Counted from the first letter of the stretch, positions 19,066 to 29,410 are shown. The stretch: 64,000 nt of DNA from an uncultured Actinomycetota bacterium (GCA_963743915.1 CAVURN010000005.1:416001-480000); one strand, 5' to 3'. Program-made: numbers and translations. Notes: generated by a model not told the origin, from the sequence alone.

Positions 19066-20475
19066 TCAGCTGTTGACGACCTCGCGCCACGCCTGTTGAG
19101 ACGCCGAGTCGAGGAGGCGGAACTCTCCTCCGGGGACGAGCGAGTCGAAGTACGTGACGAACTCCGCGCCCTGGTCGGACAGGTGACGGCCGACACGTCG
19201 AAGCCAGTCAGCGCGGTCGGCACCGCCAGCGTCCCCTGGACGGAGCTTCGACCCGAGCTCAGCGATGCCGAACCCGACCCCGAAGTTCCGGGACGCCGCG
19301 ATGGCGCGGGAGAACATCGTCACCGGATCCAGGTAGTAGTCGGACTTGTTGTAGCAGTCCCATCCGATGGTCTCGACGACGTCGCGTCCCGGGAAGAAGT
19401 CGTTGAGCGACCGACCCGAGTTGGGGTTGGCGGTCCAGCACATGAGGATGACGGTGTTGTGCAGCGAGGGGTTGGCCGCCTGGTTGGCCAGTCCGGCGAT
19501 CCGCCGGTACGCCTCGCGCCACTGCTGCGCGGACATCTCACCGCGCTTCACGTCGTCCTCGGGCTCGTGCCAGTACGTCCACCAGATGTCACGGCCCTGC
19601 GGTGTGGACCGGAACCAGTTCAGCAGCTGGGCGTCGTACCGACCGGACAGCACCTGAGCCGGCGGGGCCTTGAACGAGACGACCACCGGTCGGTTGACGG
19701 CACCAGCGCGACCCGGCCAGCTGTCAGGAAGTCCTGGGTAGAACACGCGGACCACATCGAGGTTCCCGTACCGCTGGTCCGCCGCGGCTACCGCCGAGGA
19801 CCAGCTCTGCCCACCTTGGTAGACGCTCGCGCCGAACTTGGTGTCCGAGTCGGTACGCCCACTGGTGCCCTCGCCCGAACCGTCGGGTCGGACGGCAGGG
19901 CTGTCGATCGGGTTCAGGAACAGGTGGTCGACGAAGACGGGAGCGCCGGCCGGCAGCTTGGCGAACTCGACCGCCATCTGCAGCCGGCTGCTGCTCGACT
20001 CTGCGCGGTAGCGGAAGGCCACGCGCTGCCACTCGGTCCCGCTGAGGGTGAAGTCCGCCGATTGCGTGCCGATCTCCCGACCGTCACGCAGCTCGCGGAG
20101 TCGCAGTGCGCCGTGCACGGCGGGGTTCGACGAGCGGACGAAGACGACGGCTCGGTAGAGCTGGCCCTGCTGAGCATCCGGAAGACCCTGCCGCGGGTCG
20201 AGGAGCGTCACGTCCGCGGCGTCTGCCGACTCGATGCGCAACGCGAAGCGGCTGCCGACCGCGCCCGGGCTCGAGCGACTGACCTCCAGCTGACTCGCCG
20301 ATCTGATCTCCCACCCTTCGGCTCCCATGCGGAAGCCGGAGTGATCGAGCAGGTTGTCGCTGCCGCGTCCTGCTGACGACAGACCGTCGTTCACGACGAC
20401 CGCAAGACCTGCGACGACGGCGAACGCTGCGGTCACAGCGGCGACACGACGAAACGAAGCATTCAGCTGAGGCAT
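19066..20475 (-). CDS. Secreted glycoside hydrolase (GH26-like) with an N-terminal CBM4/9-like domain
   Basis: Signal/TM segment; CBM-like 'TEWQRV...VFVDHL'; catalytic-like WHEPE, IGWDCYN, GIAELG. Confidence 0.72.
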   Translation of the reverse strand: MPQLNASFRRVAAVTAAFAVVAGLAVVVNDGLSSAGRGSDNLLDHSGFRMGAEGWEIRSASQLEVSRSSPGAVGSRFALRIESADAADVTLLDPRQGLPDAQQGQLYRAVVFVRSSNPAVHGALRLRELRDGREIGTQSADFTLSGTEWQRVAFRYRAESSSSRLQMAVEFAKLPAGAPVFVDHLFLNPIDSPAVRPDGSGEGTSGRTDSDTKFGASVYQGGQSWSSAVAAADQRYGNLDVVRVFYPGLPDSWPGRAGAVNRPVVVSFKAPPAQVLSGRYDAQLLNWFRSTPQGRDIWWTYWHEPEDDVKRGEMSAQQWREAYRRIAGLANQAANPSLHNTVILMCWTANPNSGRSLNDFFPGRDVVETIGWDCYNKSDYYLDPVTMFSRAIAASRNFGVGFGIAELGSKLRPGDAGGADRADWLRRVGRHLSDQGAEFVTYFDSLVPGGEFRLLDSASQQAWREVVNS

Positions 20476-20780
20476 GGAGACTCCACATCGTTGCGCGAGG
20501 AATGACAGACACAGCAAGGGAAATCTCGACTGTCTGCCCTGACGATGGCGTCTGGGCCGAGGGCTATGTGTCGTCAGGTCGCGGTGTGCGCCGACCTAGC
20601 CTCGCTCCGTGTTTCAGAACGCTTCGACCCTTGCCCACCTCACAGCGCAGGTCAATTTCCAGGCGTGTCGTGGGCGTGTCGCCCGCAAGATTTCTACAGA
20701 GAGTGGTGAGGCGTAGTCAGACAGTGGTGACGCGCGGCAGAAGTCGCGAGTGAGAGGTTCGTCCTACATGGGGCGATTCG

Positions 20781-23700
20781 TCAGCGTTGCTCTGCAGGCG
20801 ACTCGGCGTAGAACGCCCGACGCACCGGCTTGACCGGTCGCATGAGGAACTCCGGACGCCGCAGCCCCGACGCACTGGGACCGGGACGGGTCTTCGCGAG
20901 CCACTCGTGGAAGACCTCCGACGACTTCGCCGTGTCGACGACGACGTCTCCGTACTGGTCGTCGTCGTGTGCCTTCTCGACGCGCACCTTCTGGTGCCAG
21001 CAGTGCATGCCCGACCAGGGATCCGGGTGGACGCCGAACGCCAGGTTCTGGTGCACGCCCGGGTCGTCCCAGTAGATGCGCGAGGAGTCCGGGTCGTCGC
21101 TCGCGAAGGGCTTGACGCTGTCCTTGTAGCGAAGCCGCCAATCGCCCGTCCGGCATCTTGCCGACGTCGACCAGACCCATCACCCAGCGGCTTCCCGCGT
21201 TCTCGGTGTTGCGCCACCGTCCCATGTGGTGCGACAGCGCGATGACGCCGGGACGGATGGCCTCGGTCGCCCACACCCGCGCCACGAAGTGGCCGATCTC
21301 GGTGTTCACCCTGGCCAGGTCACCGGTCGCGAAGCCGAGCCGTCCGGCGTCCTCGGTGTTCATCCAGAGCGGGTGGGTGTTGGAGATCTCGTTGAGGTAC
21401 TTCGCGTTGCCCGAGCGGGTGTGGATCATCGTGGGCAGCCGGAAGGTCGGCATCAGGACCAGCTCGCCGCGGGAGCGGTCGAGCTCGCGGTGCCCGACGT
21501 GCGACTCGATGTAGCCCGGCGTCGCGTACTCCGGCCAGCCGAAGTCGACCATGGTCGGCGAGTAGAGCTCCAGTCGCGGGACGGCGTGAGCCAGCCGGCG
21601 ACCTGCGAGCCGTCCGCCAGCTGGACGCCCGACGGCACCGGCCTCGCCCACCAGGGGTGGGGTCGAGTCGAGCGTCGTGGGCTTGCGCAGCACGCCCTGC
21701 GGGTCGGCGCGTCGCACCGTCGAGCTCGGCGTCGGTGAGCGGGCGCTCGTCGAGCCGGTACATGTCCGTGCCCGAGCTCGAAGACGCCGTAGCTTGCGCA
21801 TGTACTCCAGCGGCGTCAGGCCCTGCTGCTGGGCCGCCTTCTCCGGCAGCCCGGGCACCTGGTTGTCGAAGACCCAGCCGTAGTAGTCGTCGACCGTCAC
21901 CTTCTCGCCCGGGTCGGTCCGGGGACTCGAAGTACTGGCGGATGCCGAGCGATCCGTCCGGGTCGATCCGCCACGAGAGCTCGAACCAGAACTCGTTCTC
22001 CTCCCAGACCTCGCCAGGGTTCGACTCACGCGAGTCGCTGACCGGCGTGCCCAGCCGCTCCATGGCGACCCGCCGCACGGGCTGGCGGAAGCCGATCCAC
22101 TTGCCGCCGTACTGTCTCGTACGACTGCGTGTCGTGCCGCTCGGGGCCGTGCCCCATGGGCAGGACGTAGTCGGCGAACATCGGCGGTCTCCGACCAGGT
22201 CGGCGTCAGGGCGACGTGCAGGCCGACCAGGCTCTCGTCGGTGAGGGCCTCGATCCAGGTGAAGCCGTCGGGGTTGGTCCAGATCGGGTTGTAGACCCGG
22301 GAGAAGTAGACCTCGAGCTTGCCGCGCCCCTCCTTCAGCAGGTGCGGCAGCAGGATCGACATCTCGTTGGTCGACAGCGGGTACTCCGGCGGCCAGAGCT
22401 TCTCGTTCCACTGGTCGTGGCCGCTCGGCATGTTCGGGCCGTGCGGGATGAACTTGTTCCATCCGTTGGGGCTGGTGCCCGCCCACGGTGCCGACGCTGC
22501 CGGTGAGCACGGTGAGGAAGAAGAGCGCACGCGCGACCATCCAGCCGCCAAGGTTGCCGGCCGTCGCGGCACGCCAGACGTGCGCCGCCAGGCGGCCCTC
22601 GGCGCCGGCCACCAGCTCGGCCAGCTCCTCGACCTGCTCGACCGGGATCTGCGCCTCCTGCGCGGCGTACTCGAAGGTGTACGGCGCGTACTCCTCGGTC
22701 AGCGCCCGCTGGAACGCCGCGAAGTCGCCGGGGTCGACGTCGGGGTGCAGCTCTCGCAGGTAGGTGTCCCAGTTGATCCACCGACGGACGTAGTCCCACG
22801 CCGACCTGGTCGGTGCGCAGCAGGTAGGACGCGATCGCCAGCAGGATCGCCGCCTCGCTGCCCGGCCAGGGGCTCATCCAGAGGTCGGCGTGCGAGGCGG
22901 TGTTCGACAGTCGCGGGTCCAGGACGACGAGCTTGGCGCCGCCCTTGACCTTGCCCTCCATGATCCGCTGGGCGTGCGGGTTGAAGTAGTGCCCCGTCTC
23001 GAGGTGGCTGGAGATGAGCAGGATCACCTCGCGCGTTCGCGTAGTCGGGCGACGGCCGGTCGTAGCCCCCCCACAGCGTGTAGCCGAGCCGCGCGCCCGC
23101 GGAGCAGATGTTGGTGTGGCTGTTGTGCCCGTCGACGCCCCAGGCCAGCAGCACCCGCTCGACGAAGCCGTCCTCACCGGGACGACCCACGTGGTAGATG
23201 ACCTCGTCGCGCCGGTCCTCCTCGATGGCCCTGCGGATCCGGGCGGCGATGTCGTCGAGCGCCTCGTCCCAGGTGACCGGCTCGAAGCTGCCGCTCCCGC
23301 GCTCCCCGACCCGCCGCAGCGGGTGAGGATCCGCTCGGGGTCGTTGACCTGGTTGACGGTCGCCGGGCCCTTCGCGCAGTTGCGACCGCGTGACCCGGGG
23401 TGCGCCGGGTTGCCCTCGAGCTTCTTGATCGACAGGTCGTCGTGGTCCACGTAGGCCAGCAGCCCGCAGGCCGACTCGCAGTTGAAGCAGGTGGTCGGGA
23501 CGAGCATGTAGTGCTTCTCGACCTTGCGAGGATGCGCCTTCGCGTCGTGCAGCGACGACGTCGTCCCACGACTCGACCGGCGGGAAGTTCGAGACGGTCT
23601 CACGGATCCGGAGGCCGAACGCCTCGGGAGCGGTGTCCTCGACGCGTGAGGCGGCTGGACCTGTCGGCGCTGGACCTGTCGGGGGGTGCGGGGTCATCAC
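20781..23700 (-). CDS. Molybdopterin (DMSO-reductase family) oxidoreductase catalytic subunit, Psr/Phs/Ttr/Sre/Soe-like clade; many frameshifts
   Basis: FS0 motif CFNCESACG...NCAKG; Mo-ligand region HNSHTNICS; HLETGHYFNPH; C-terminal IHTRSGN, HPLWMN, SHHMGR; no twin-arginine signal. Confidence 0.85.
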
Positions 23701-23706
23701 GGCTCC

Positions 23707-25232
23707 TCAGGACAGCGGGACGTCTTGCGCGGCTTTGACGAACACGGACTCGTACGCGAGGAGGGGCGACCTGCGCGAGCAGACCGACGGCGACGCCGAG
23801 CCAGGCCGACGCACCGAGTGCGACCGCGAGGCCACCCGCCAGGGCCACCAGCGACAGCAGGATGCCCACGAACCAGAACGTCTTCGCGTACCGACCGTGC
23901 GTGATGATGTGCGCCGCGACCTCGGCGTTGCGGGTGGAGTGCTTGCCGCCGAACTCGACGAGCAGCATCAGCAGGTGCGGCGGCGGTCCCGACGACGAAG
24001 GTCGCGGCAGTGGCCACCACGGTGGTCTCGGAGGCGTCGACGAACGGGGCGACGACGAGCATCGCGCCGGCGCCGACCATGAGCGCCTGGGCCTGCAGGT
24101 GCCAGAACAGCACCGGTGACTGCCAGAGGTCGCGACCCTCGGCCTGGCCGAAGAGGAACGCGGTGTACCCGGCCGTCATCACCGCTGCGGGGACGCCGAA
24201 CCAGGCCATGGCCTCGACGAGGCCGTCGGCACCGAACACGTACCCGAGGAACCAGACGCTGATCACGGCGCCGAAGGCCGAGCAGCACGATCGAACCGAG
24301 GGCGAGCCACGACGTCCAGTTGGGTTTGGTGAACAGGTAGTAGAAGCGGTCGGGTCGCTTGAGGTCCCAGATCGAGCAGGACGCCGGTGACCGACGGCGA
24401 ACAGCGCCCCCAGCACCGGCGCCACGACGCCGTTCAGCGCGTTCGGCCCTTCGACGAGCAGCAGCGAGGATCGCGGCCGTGAGCACCGCACCGGACGCGA
24501 TCGCCTTCGTCCAGAGGTAGGTCCACACCCGCCAGCCCCACGGACGCGGGTGCGCGGTGTTGAGCGTGGTGCGGGCGTTGGTCTTGGGGTCGACCGGCGA
24601 AGTCGTCCTGGTTCTCGAGGCGCTGCGGGTCGGGCTGGGCCCAGATGTAGGTGTCGTCGACGGGGGCGGCCAGCGGGTTCAGGACCGCCTCGCTCGCGCC
24701 CACGTAGAAGACGTTGGGCCCGGTCTTCTGCTCCGGGCGTCCGGGTCTGCACCGGTGTGATGCTGAGGAACTTGCGGATGCCGCTGTCGGGGTCGTCGAG
24801 GTCTCCCATCCAGATCGACTCGGTGGGGCACACCACCACGCAGGCCGGCTCGAGGCCCTGGTCGATGCGGTGGGCGCAGAAGTTGCACTTGGCGGCGGTG
24901 TGGGTGTCCTCGTCGATGTAGAGCGCGTCGTAGGGACACGCCTGCATGCAGCTCTTGCAGCCGATGCACCGCTCGCTGTCGAAGTCGACGATGCCGTCCT
25001 CGCGCTTGAACAGCGCCTGCGTCGGGCAGATCGCCACGCACGGGGCGTCGGTGCAGTGGTTGCACCGCATGACGCCGAACTCGCGGGTGGTCGCCGGGTA
25101 CTCGCCCTTGTCGACGTACTTCACCCAGGTGCGGAACTGCCCGAGCGGGATCTCGTGCTCGGTCTTGCAGGCCACCGTGCACGCGTGGCACCCGATGCAG
25201 GTCCGCTGGTCGATCGCGAAGCCGTACTGCAC
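23707..25232 (-). CDS. Fused 4x[4Fe-4S] ferredoxin subunit and NrfD/PsrC-like membrane anchor (frameshifted)
   Basis: CIGCHACTVAC, CNHCTDAPCVAICP, CIGCKSCMQACP, CNFCAHR...PACVVVCP; then WGW..WTYLWTK, DLKRPDRFYY, GYTAFLFGQAEGRDLW; ends VKAAQDVPLS*. Confidence 0.85.
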
Positions 25233-25238
25233 CTCAGG

Positions 25239-25469
25239 TCACTTCTTCCGGATGGTGAAGGTGAAGACCGGTCCCTCGGTCTCGCTCTCCATGAGCTCGT
25301 AGCCCATGTCCCTGGCCCACGACGGGATGTCGCTCTTCGAGCCCGGGTCGGTGGCCTCGACCCGGATCACGCGGCCCGCCTCGACCGCGTCGATGCCCTT
25401 GCGTGCCAGCAGCACCGGCATCGGACACGACAGGCCCTTGGCGTCCACCACCGTGACGTCTTCCACCAT
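25239..25469 (-). CDS. tusA: TusA-family sulfur carrier protein
   Basis: DAKGLSCPMP motif, ATDPGS..DI..W; 76 aa. Confidence 0.9.
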   Translation of the reverse strand: MVEDVTVVDAKGLSCPMPVLLARKGIDAVEAGRVIRVEATDPGSKSDIPSWARDMGYELMESETEGPVFTFTIRKK

Positions 25470-25524
25470 CTCGCTCCTCCTGACGGTCCTCGACCGGTTG
25501 TCGTCGGCGCCCAGGGCGCCCTCG

Positions 25525-26016
25525 CTAGATGAACAGCTGGATGTCCGACCGTGACATCTCGCTCAGCGCGGTCGCGGCACCCGCGGGCTCGCCGAGCCCT
25601 GGCCGCAGCTGGTCGGGCTTGATCCCCAGAAGGTCCATCGTCATCTGGCAGGGCCAGATCTTCACGCCCATGTCGAGACACAGCTGGAAGAGCTCCTCAG
25701 GGGGCATCACCTTGTGCTGACCGGCGAGCCTGCGCATCATCCACTTGCCCGCGCCACCCATGTTCAGCTTCGAGAGCTTGGCGCGCTGGAACCCGGGAGG
25801 GTTCATCCCCGCCAGCATCTTGGTCATGGCGTTGTCCCCGGTGATGCGGACATCGTCACGCACCAGAGGGAAGAGGCCCCAGAACGTGTGGAAGACCGTC
25901 ACGTCCATGTTGTAGGCCGCCGCGGTGGAGCTGAGGATCATGGTCGGCCAGAGCTTGTCGAGGTCGCCGCTGAAGGCGATGATCGTCATCTTGTCAGGGG
26001 TCTCGGTATCGGCCAC
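25525..26016 (-). CDS. DsrE/DsrF/DrsH-like (DsrE2/YrkE-type) sulfurtransferase
   Basis: FSGDLDK, FHTFWGL, LSKLNMGGAG, conserved Cys in PCQMTMDLLG. Confidence 0.88.
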   Translation of the reverse strand: MADTETPDKMTIIAFSGDLDKLWPTMILSSTAAAYNMDVTVFHTFWGLFPLVRDDVRITGDNAMTKMLAGMNPPGFQRAKLSKLNMGGAGKWMMRRLAGQHKVMPPEELFQLCLDMGVKIWPCQMTMDLLGIKPDQLRPGLGEPAGAATALSEMSRSDIQLFI

Positions 26017-26069
26017 GCCGCCTCCTCGAAAGAGGGCGCCACCGGGACGCCAGCTCCATTCACCTTAGT

Positions 26070-26173
26070 TGCGCACATGCGCATGAATCAAGAACTTCGG
26101 GTCGATTCGTCTCACGGTCCGCCCTTCGACTCTTCCCCGGGGACAATCGATGTATTAGCGTCTGCGCATGTAA
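26070..26173. promoter_or_regulatory. Putative operator sites in the dsrE2/pdo divergent promoter
   Basis: TGCGCACATGCGCA (26070-26083) and the reverse complement TTACATGCGCAGACGCTAA (26155-26173) share ATGCGCA(GAC) with 28960-28984. Confidence 0.5.
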
Positions 26174-26223
26174 CTGGACCCCGCCGGGCACGGCGGGGGC
26201 TGATGGCCGCCTAGGAGGTTGCC

Positions 26224-27354
26224 GTGGCTCGGACCGTGACACCCACTGAGCTCTTCGCAGAGATCGAGCACGGCCACGTGCCGTACATCCTCGACGTCCG
26301 CAACCCCGACGAGTACGCCAGCTGGCAGGTCGAGGGAGCCCGCCCTGTCGAGACGCGCAACCTTCCGGTCTGGCGCGCACTCGACGACGTCGACGAGCTG
26401 TCCAGGACGCTGCCCGACAACAGCGTGCTGGTCTGTGCGCACGGCAACGGCAGTGAGCTGATCGTGGACATGCTGGCCGAAAGGGGCAAGCCGACCCGCA
26501 ACCTCGAGGGTGGGACTGCGGCGTGGGCCCAGCTGCTCGTGCCTCGTCCCCTGCCGGGTCTGCCGGAAGGGCTCGTCGGCTGGCAGATCCAGCGTCCGGC
26601 CAAGGCATGCCTGTCCTACGTCATCGGCGTCCCGGGACACGGCTGCGTGGTGGTGGACCCCGCGCGCTTCCCGGACTCCTACGTCGAGCTGGCCACCGAG
26701 CACGGCATGACGATCAAGCACGTCGTGGACACCCACGTCCACGCCGACCACGTGACAGGAGGGCCGGCACTCGCGGACGCGGTCGGCGCCACCTACTCGG
26801 TGCCGATGGAGGACACCGGAGGTGCCACTCCGTTCGAGAACCATCCGCTCGAGGACGGTCAGATGCTCGACCTCGGCCCCGTGTCGCTGCAGGTGCTCGG
26901 GATCAAGCTGCCGGGGCACACCCCTGGGACGACGTGCCTGCTCATTCCTGACCACGCGCTTCTCTCCGGTGACACCGTCTTCGTGCGAGGCGTCGGTCGT
27001 CCCGATCTCACGGGCAAGGCCGAGGAACTGGCGCGAGAGCTGTTCCACACCGTGCACGAGAAGCTGCGTCCACTCGACCCGGCGACGCAGGTGTTCCCTG
27101 CCCACTGGTCCAGTGCCGAGGAGATGGGCGCCGACGGTCTCGTCCGGACGACCATGGGAGAGGTCTTCGCCTCGACGCTGATGAACGAGGAGGATCTCGT
27201 GCGCTTCGTCACCGAGATCGTGGGGTCACTCCCCTCAGCCCCCTCGTTCTACGACACGATCCGCGAGGTCAACGCGGGGAAGGTCGTCACGGCCGAGGAG
27301 ATCGAGGTCCTGGAGATCGGCAAGAACCAGTGCGCCGCCTCCACCACTCTGTGA
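26224..27354 (+). CDS. Rhodanese-MBL-fold persulfide dioxygenase fusion (YrkH-like)
   Basis: N-terminal rhodanese (LDVR, VCAHGNGS, LEGG); THVHADH, GHTPG, GD..F..GVGRPD, PAH; C-terminal GKNQCA. Confidence 0.87.
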   Translation: MARTVTPTELFAEIEHGHVPYILDVRNPDEYASWQVEGARPVETRNLPVWRALDDVDELSRTLPDNSVLVCAHGNGSELIVDMLAERGKPTRNLEGGTAAWAQLLVPRPLPGLPEGLVGWQIQRPAKACLSYVIGVPGHGCVVVDPARFPDSYVELATEHGMTIKHVVDTHVHADHVTGGPALADAVGATYSVPMEDTGGATPFENHPLEDGQMLDLGPVSLQVLGIKLPGHTPGTTCLLIPDHALLSGDTVFVRGVGRPDLTGKAEELARELFHTVHEKLRPLDPATQVFPAHWSSAEEMGADGLVRTTMGEVFASTLMNEEDLVRFVTEIVGSLPSAPSFYDTIREVNAGKVVTAEEIEVLEIGKNQCAASTTL

Positions 27355-27367
27355 GGACGTGCGACGG

Positions 27368-28930
27368 TCACGGCTCGTCGTCACCGAGGTGCGCGGCCAT
27401 CTCGGCCCGGCACTCGTCCGCGAGGTCATCGGCGAGCACGCGTGCGACGATGCGTCGTAGCTGGGGCGGCACGGAGCAGACCTCGGCGGTGATCCCTGCC
27501 TCCCGCACCTCGTCGAGCAGCGTGCTCAACGCCATCGCCCCGGTGACGTCGAGCCGACCGAGGCCCTCGAGCTCGACCCGCAGCCGTTCGGTGCCAGGGT
27601 GCTCGGCCAACAGGTTGTTGACGGCGTCCTCCAGGCCCGGAGCCGACGCGAAGTAGAGCACGCCCGACGGACGCACGTGCAGGACACCGTCCTCGTACTC
27701 CGCGGGCACCTGCAGGTGGAGCTCACGCCAGAGGTGGACGAGGGTCGCCATCCCGACACCGAGCAGCACGGCCAGGTCGAGGCGCGGGGCCAGCGCCAAC
27801 GAGGCGACGTACGTGACGGCAGCGGTCGCGAACTGGACGCGCCCCAGGCGCCAGAAGCCGAGCACCGGGCGGATGTCGACCAGCCGCAGCACCGATGCGA
27901 TCACGATTCCGGCGAGCACCGAGCGCGGCAGGTTCTCCAGCACCGCGGCGAAGGGGAGGAATGCCAGCACCAGCAGGCCGGCCACCAGCCCGCTCCACCG
28001 GGTGCGGGCACCGGCGAGCCGGTTCAGCGTGCTGCGCGAGAACGAACCGCCCACGGGGTATCCACCGGCCATCCCGGCGGCAAGGTTCGCGACGCCCTGC
28101 GAGACCAGCTCGCGGTCCGAGCTCCAGTGCTGCCGGTCCTCGGCGGCCAGCCGCCGCGAGATGGCGGCCGGTTCGGCGAAACCGACCAGGGCGATCACCA
28201 GGGCGGGCACGACCAGCTGCAGCGAGTCACCCCAGGGCAGGTCGAGCGGGTTCGGCACACCCGAGACGGAGACCGCACCCACCGTGGGGCCTCCCAGGTC
28301 CGTAGTTGCGGCGAGCACCACCGCTCCCCCGACCAGCAGCGGCACGATCGGGAACGTCGCCGGCAGACGTCGCACCAGCAGCATCGCCGCGACTGTGACG
28401 ACCGCCAGCACGACAGCCGACGGCGTCCACGCTCCCGGGTCGGCGAGGGCGTCGAACGCCGCCTGTCCGGGACGGTTGCTGTCGGGCGGCACACCGACGG
28501 CTGCGGGCACCTGGGAGAACACGATGAGCAGGGCGGCGGCCGCGGTGAACGCGGCGAGGACCGGTTGCGACATCAGGTACGCCAGGACGCCGCCACCCGA
28601 GATCCCGAGGACGAGCCGGATGACACCGACGAACAACGCCAGCAGTGCCGCGAGGGCCACGTAGCCCGGCGAGCCCGCCGCCGCGAGTCCGGTGAGGCCA
28701 CCCAGGACGAGCAGGGAGGTGATGGCGACCGGGCCGGTGGCCAAGTAGGGCGACGAGGCGAAGAAGGCCGCTCCCACCGGAGCGGCAACGGCTGCGAGGA
28801 GTCCGGTGGTCGGAGGCAGACCGGCGAGGGAGGCATAGGCGACCGCCTGCGGGATGAGCACGACGCCGACACTGAGCCCGGCGACCAGGTCACCGACGAC
28901 GGGCCGCGTAGGGACCTCGCGTCGTGCCAC
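27368..28930 (-). CDS. SulP/SLC26 anion transporter with STAS domain
   Basis: DLVAGLSVG..LIPQAVAYA..AG, TGP, GGSFSRS, STAS LYFASA/DVTG. Confidence 0.9.
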   Translation of the reverse strand: MARREVPTRPVVGDLVAGLSVGVVLIPQAVAYASLAGLPPTTGLLAAVAAPVGAAFFASSPYLATGPVAITSLLVLGGLTGLAAAGSPGYVALAALLALFVGVIRLVLGISGGGVLAYLMSQPVLAAFTAAAALLIVFSQVPAAVGVPPDSNRPGQAAFDALADPGAWTPSAVVLAVVTVAAMLLVRRLPATFPIVPLLVGGAVVLAATTDLGGPTVGAVSVSGVPNPLDLPWGDSLQLVVPALVIALVGFAEPAAISRRLAAEDRQHWSSDRELVSQGVANLAAGMAGGYPVGGSFSRSTLNRLAGARTRWSGLVAGLLVLAFLPFAAVLENLPRSVLAGIVIASVLRLVDIRPVLGFWRLGRVQFATAAVTYVASLALAPRLDLAVLLGVGMATLVHLWRELHLQVPAEYEDGVLHVRPSGVLYFASAPGLEDAVNNLLAEHPGTERLRVELEGLGRLDVTGAMALSTLLDEVREAGITAEVCSVPPQLRRIVARVLADDLADECRAEMAAHLGDDEP

Positions 28931-28959
28931 TATCCACCTCCCCTGCTCAGCCTCTACGG

Positions 28960-28988
28960 TACGCACATATGCGCAGACACTGAAGTAT
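28960..28988. promoter_or_regulatory. Putative ArsR operator in the sulP/arsR divergent promoter
   Basis: TACGCACATATGCGCAGACACTGAAGTAT, an imperfect palindrome sharing its core with the 26070-26173 sites. Confidence 0.5.
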
Positions 28989-29048
28989 GCCCAAGGAGCA
29001 GGCGACGCCCCAGGGTTACACTGACCGCACCGCACAACAGGAGGTGCC

Positions 29049-29408
29049 GTGGACCGCGAGACTTCGCTGGAGATCCACGAGCTGCACGCGCGGATCTGCA
29101 AGGCCATCGCCGACCCCAAGCGACTGCTCATCATCAACGAGCTGCGCAACGGCCCTCTCACGGTCGGTGAGCTCTCCGACGCGCTGGAGATCAGCCAGTC
29201 GAACTGCAGCCAGCACCTTGCGATTCTTCGCGAGCGCGGAGTCGTCACGGCGGAGCGCAACGGCACCAGCGTCAGCTACGAGCTGCGAGGCGACAAGGTC
29301 GTCCAGGCGGTGGACCTGCTGCGCGAGTTCATGGCGGAGGAGCTCGGCACCCGTAGCCGGCTGGGTCGTGCAGCGACGCGGGTGCCGAAGGCGCGCAGCC
29401 GACGCTGA
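29049..29408 (+). CDS. ArsR/SmtB-family transcriptional regulator with two Cys
   Basis: CKAIADPKRLLII, TVGEL, SQSNCSQHLAILRERGVV wHTH; GGAGG RBS. Confidence 0.9.
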   Translation: MDRETSLEIHELHARICKAIADPKRLLIINELRNGPLTVGELSDALEISQSNCSQHLAILRERGVVTAERNGTSVSYELRGDKVVQAVDLLREFMAEELGTRSRLGRAATRVPKARSRR

Positions 29409-29410
29409 CC

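Noticed and set aside
20480-20770. Possible riboswitch upstream of the glycoside hydrolase
   Set aside because: No recognisable aptamer consensus by eye; an Infernal/Rfam search would be needed.
23653-23682. 15-bp tandem repeat GCTGGACCTGTCGG(C/G) x2
   Set aside because: Only two copies, encoding a low-complexity PTGPA linker at the Mo-enzyme N-terminus.
20781-23700. Selenocysteine or formate dehydrogenase interpretation of the molybdoenzyme
   Set aside because: The ligand position reads TGC (Cys) in HTNICS, and the gene context is sulfur trafficking.
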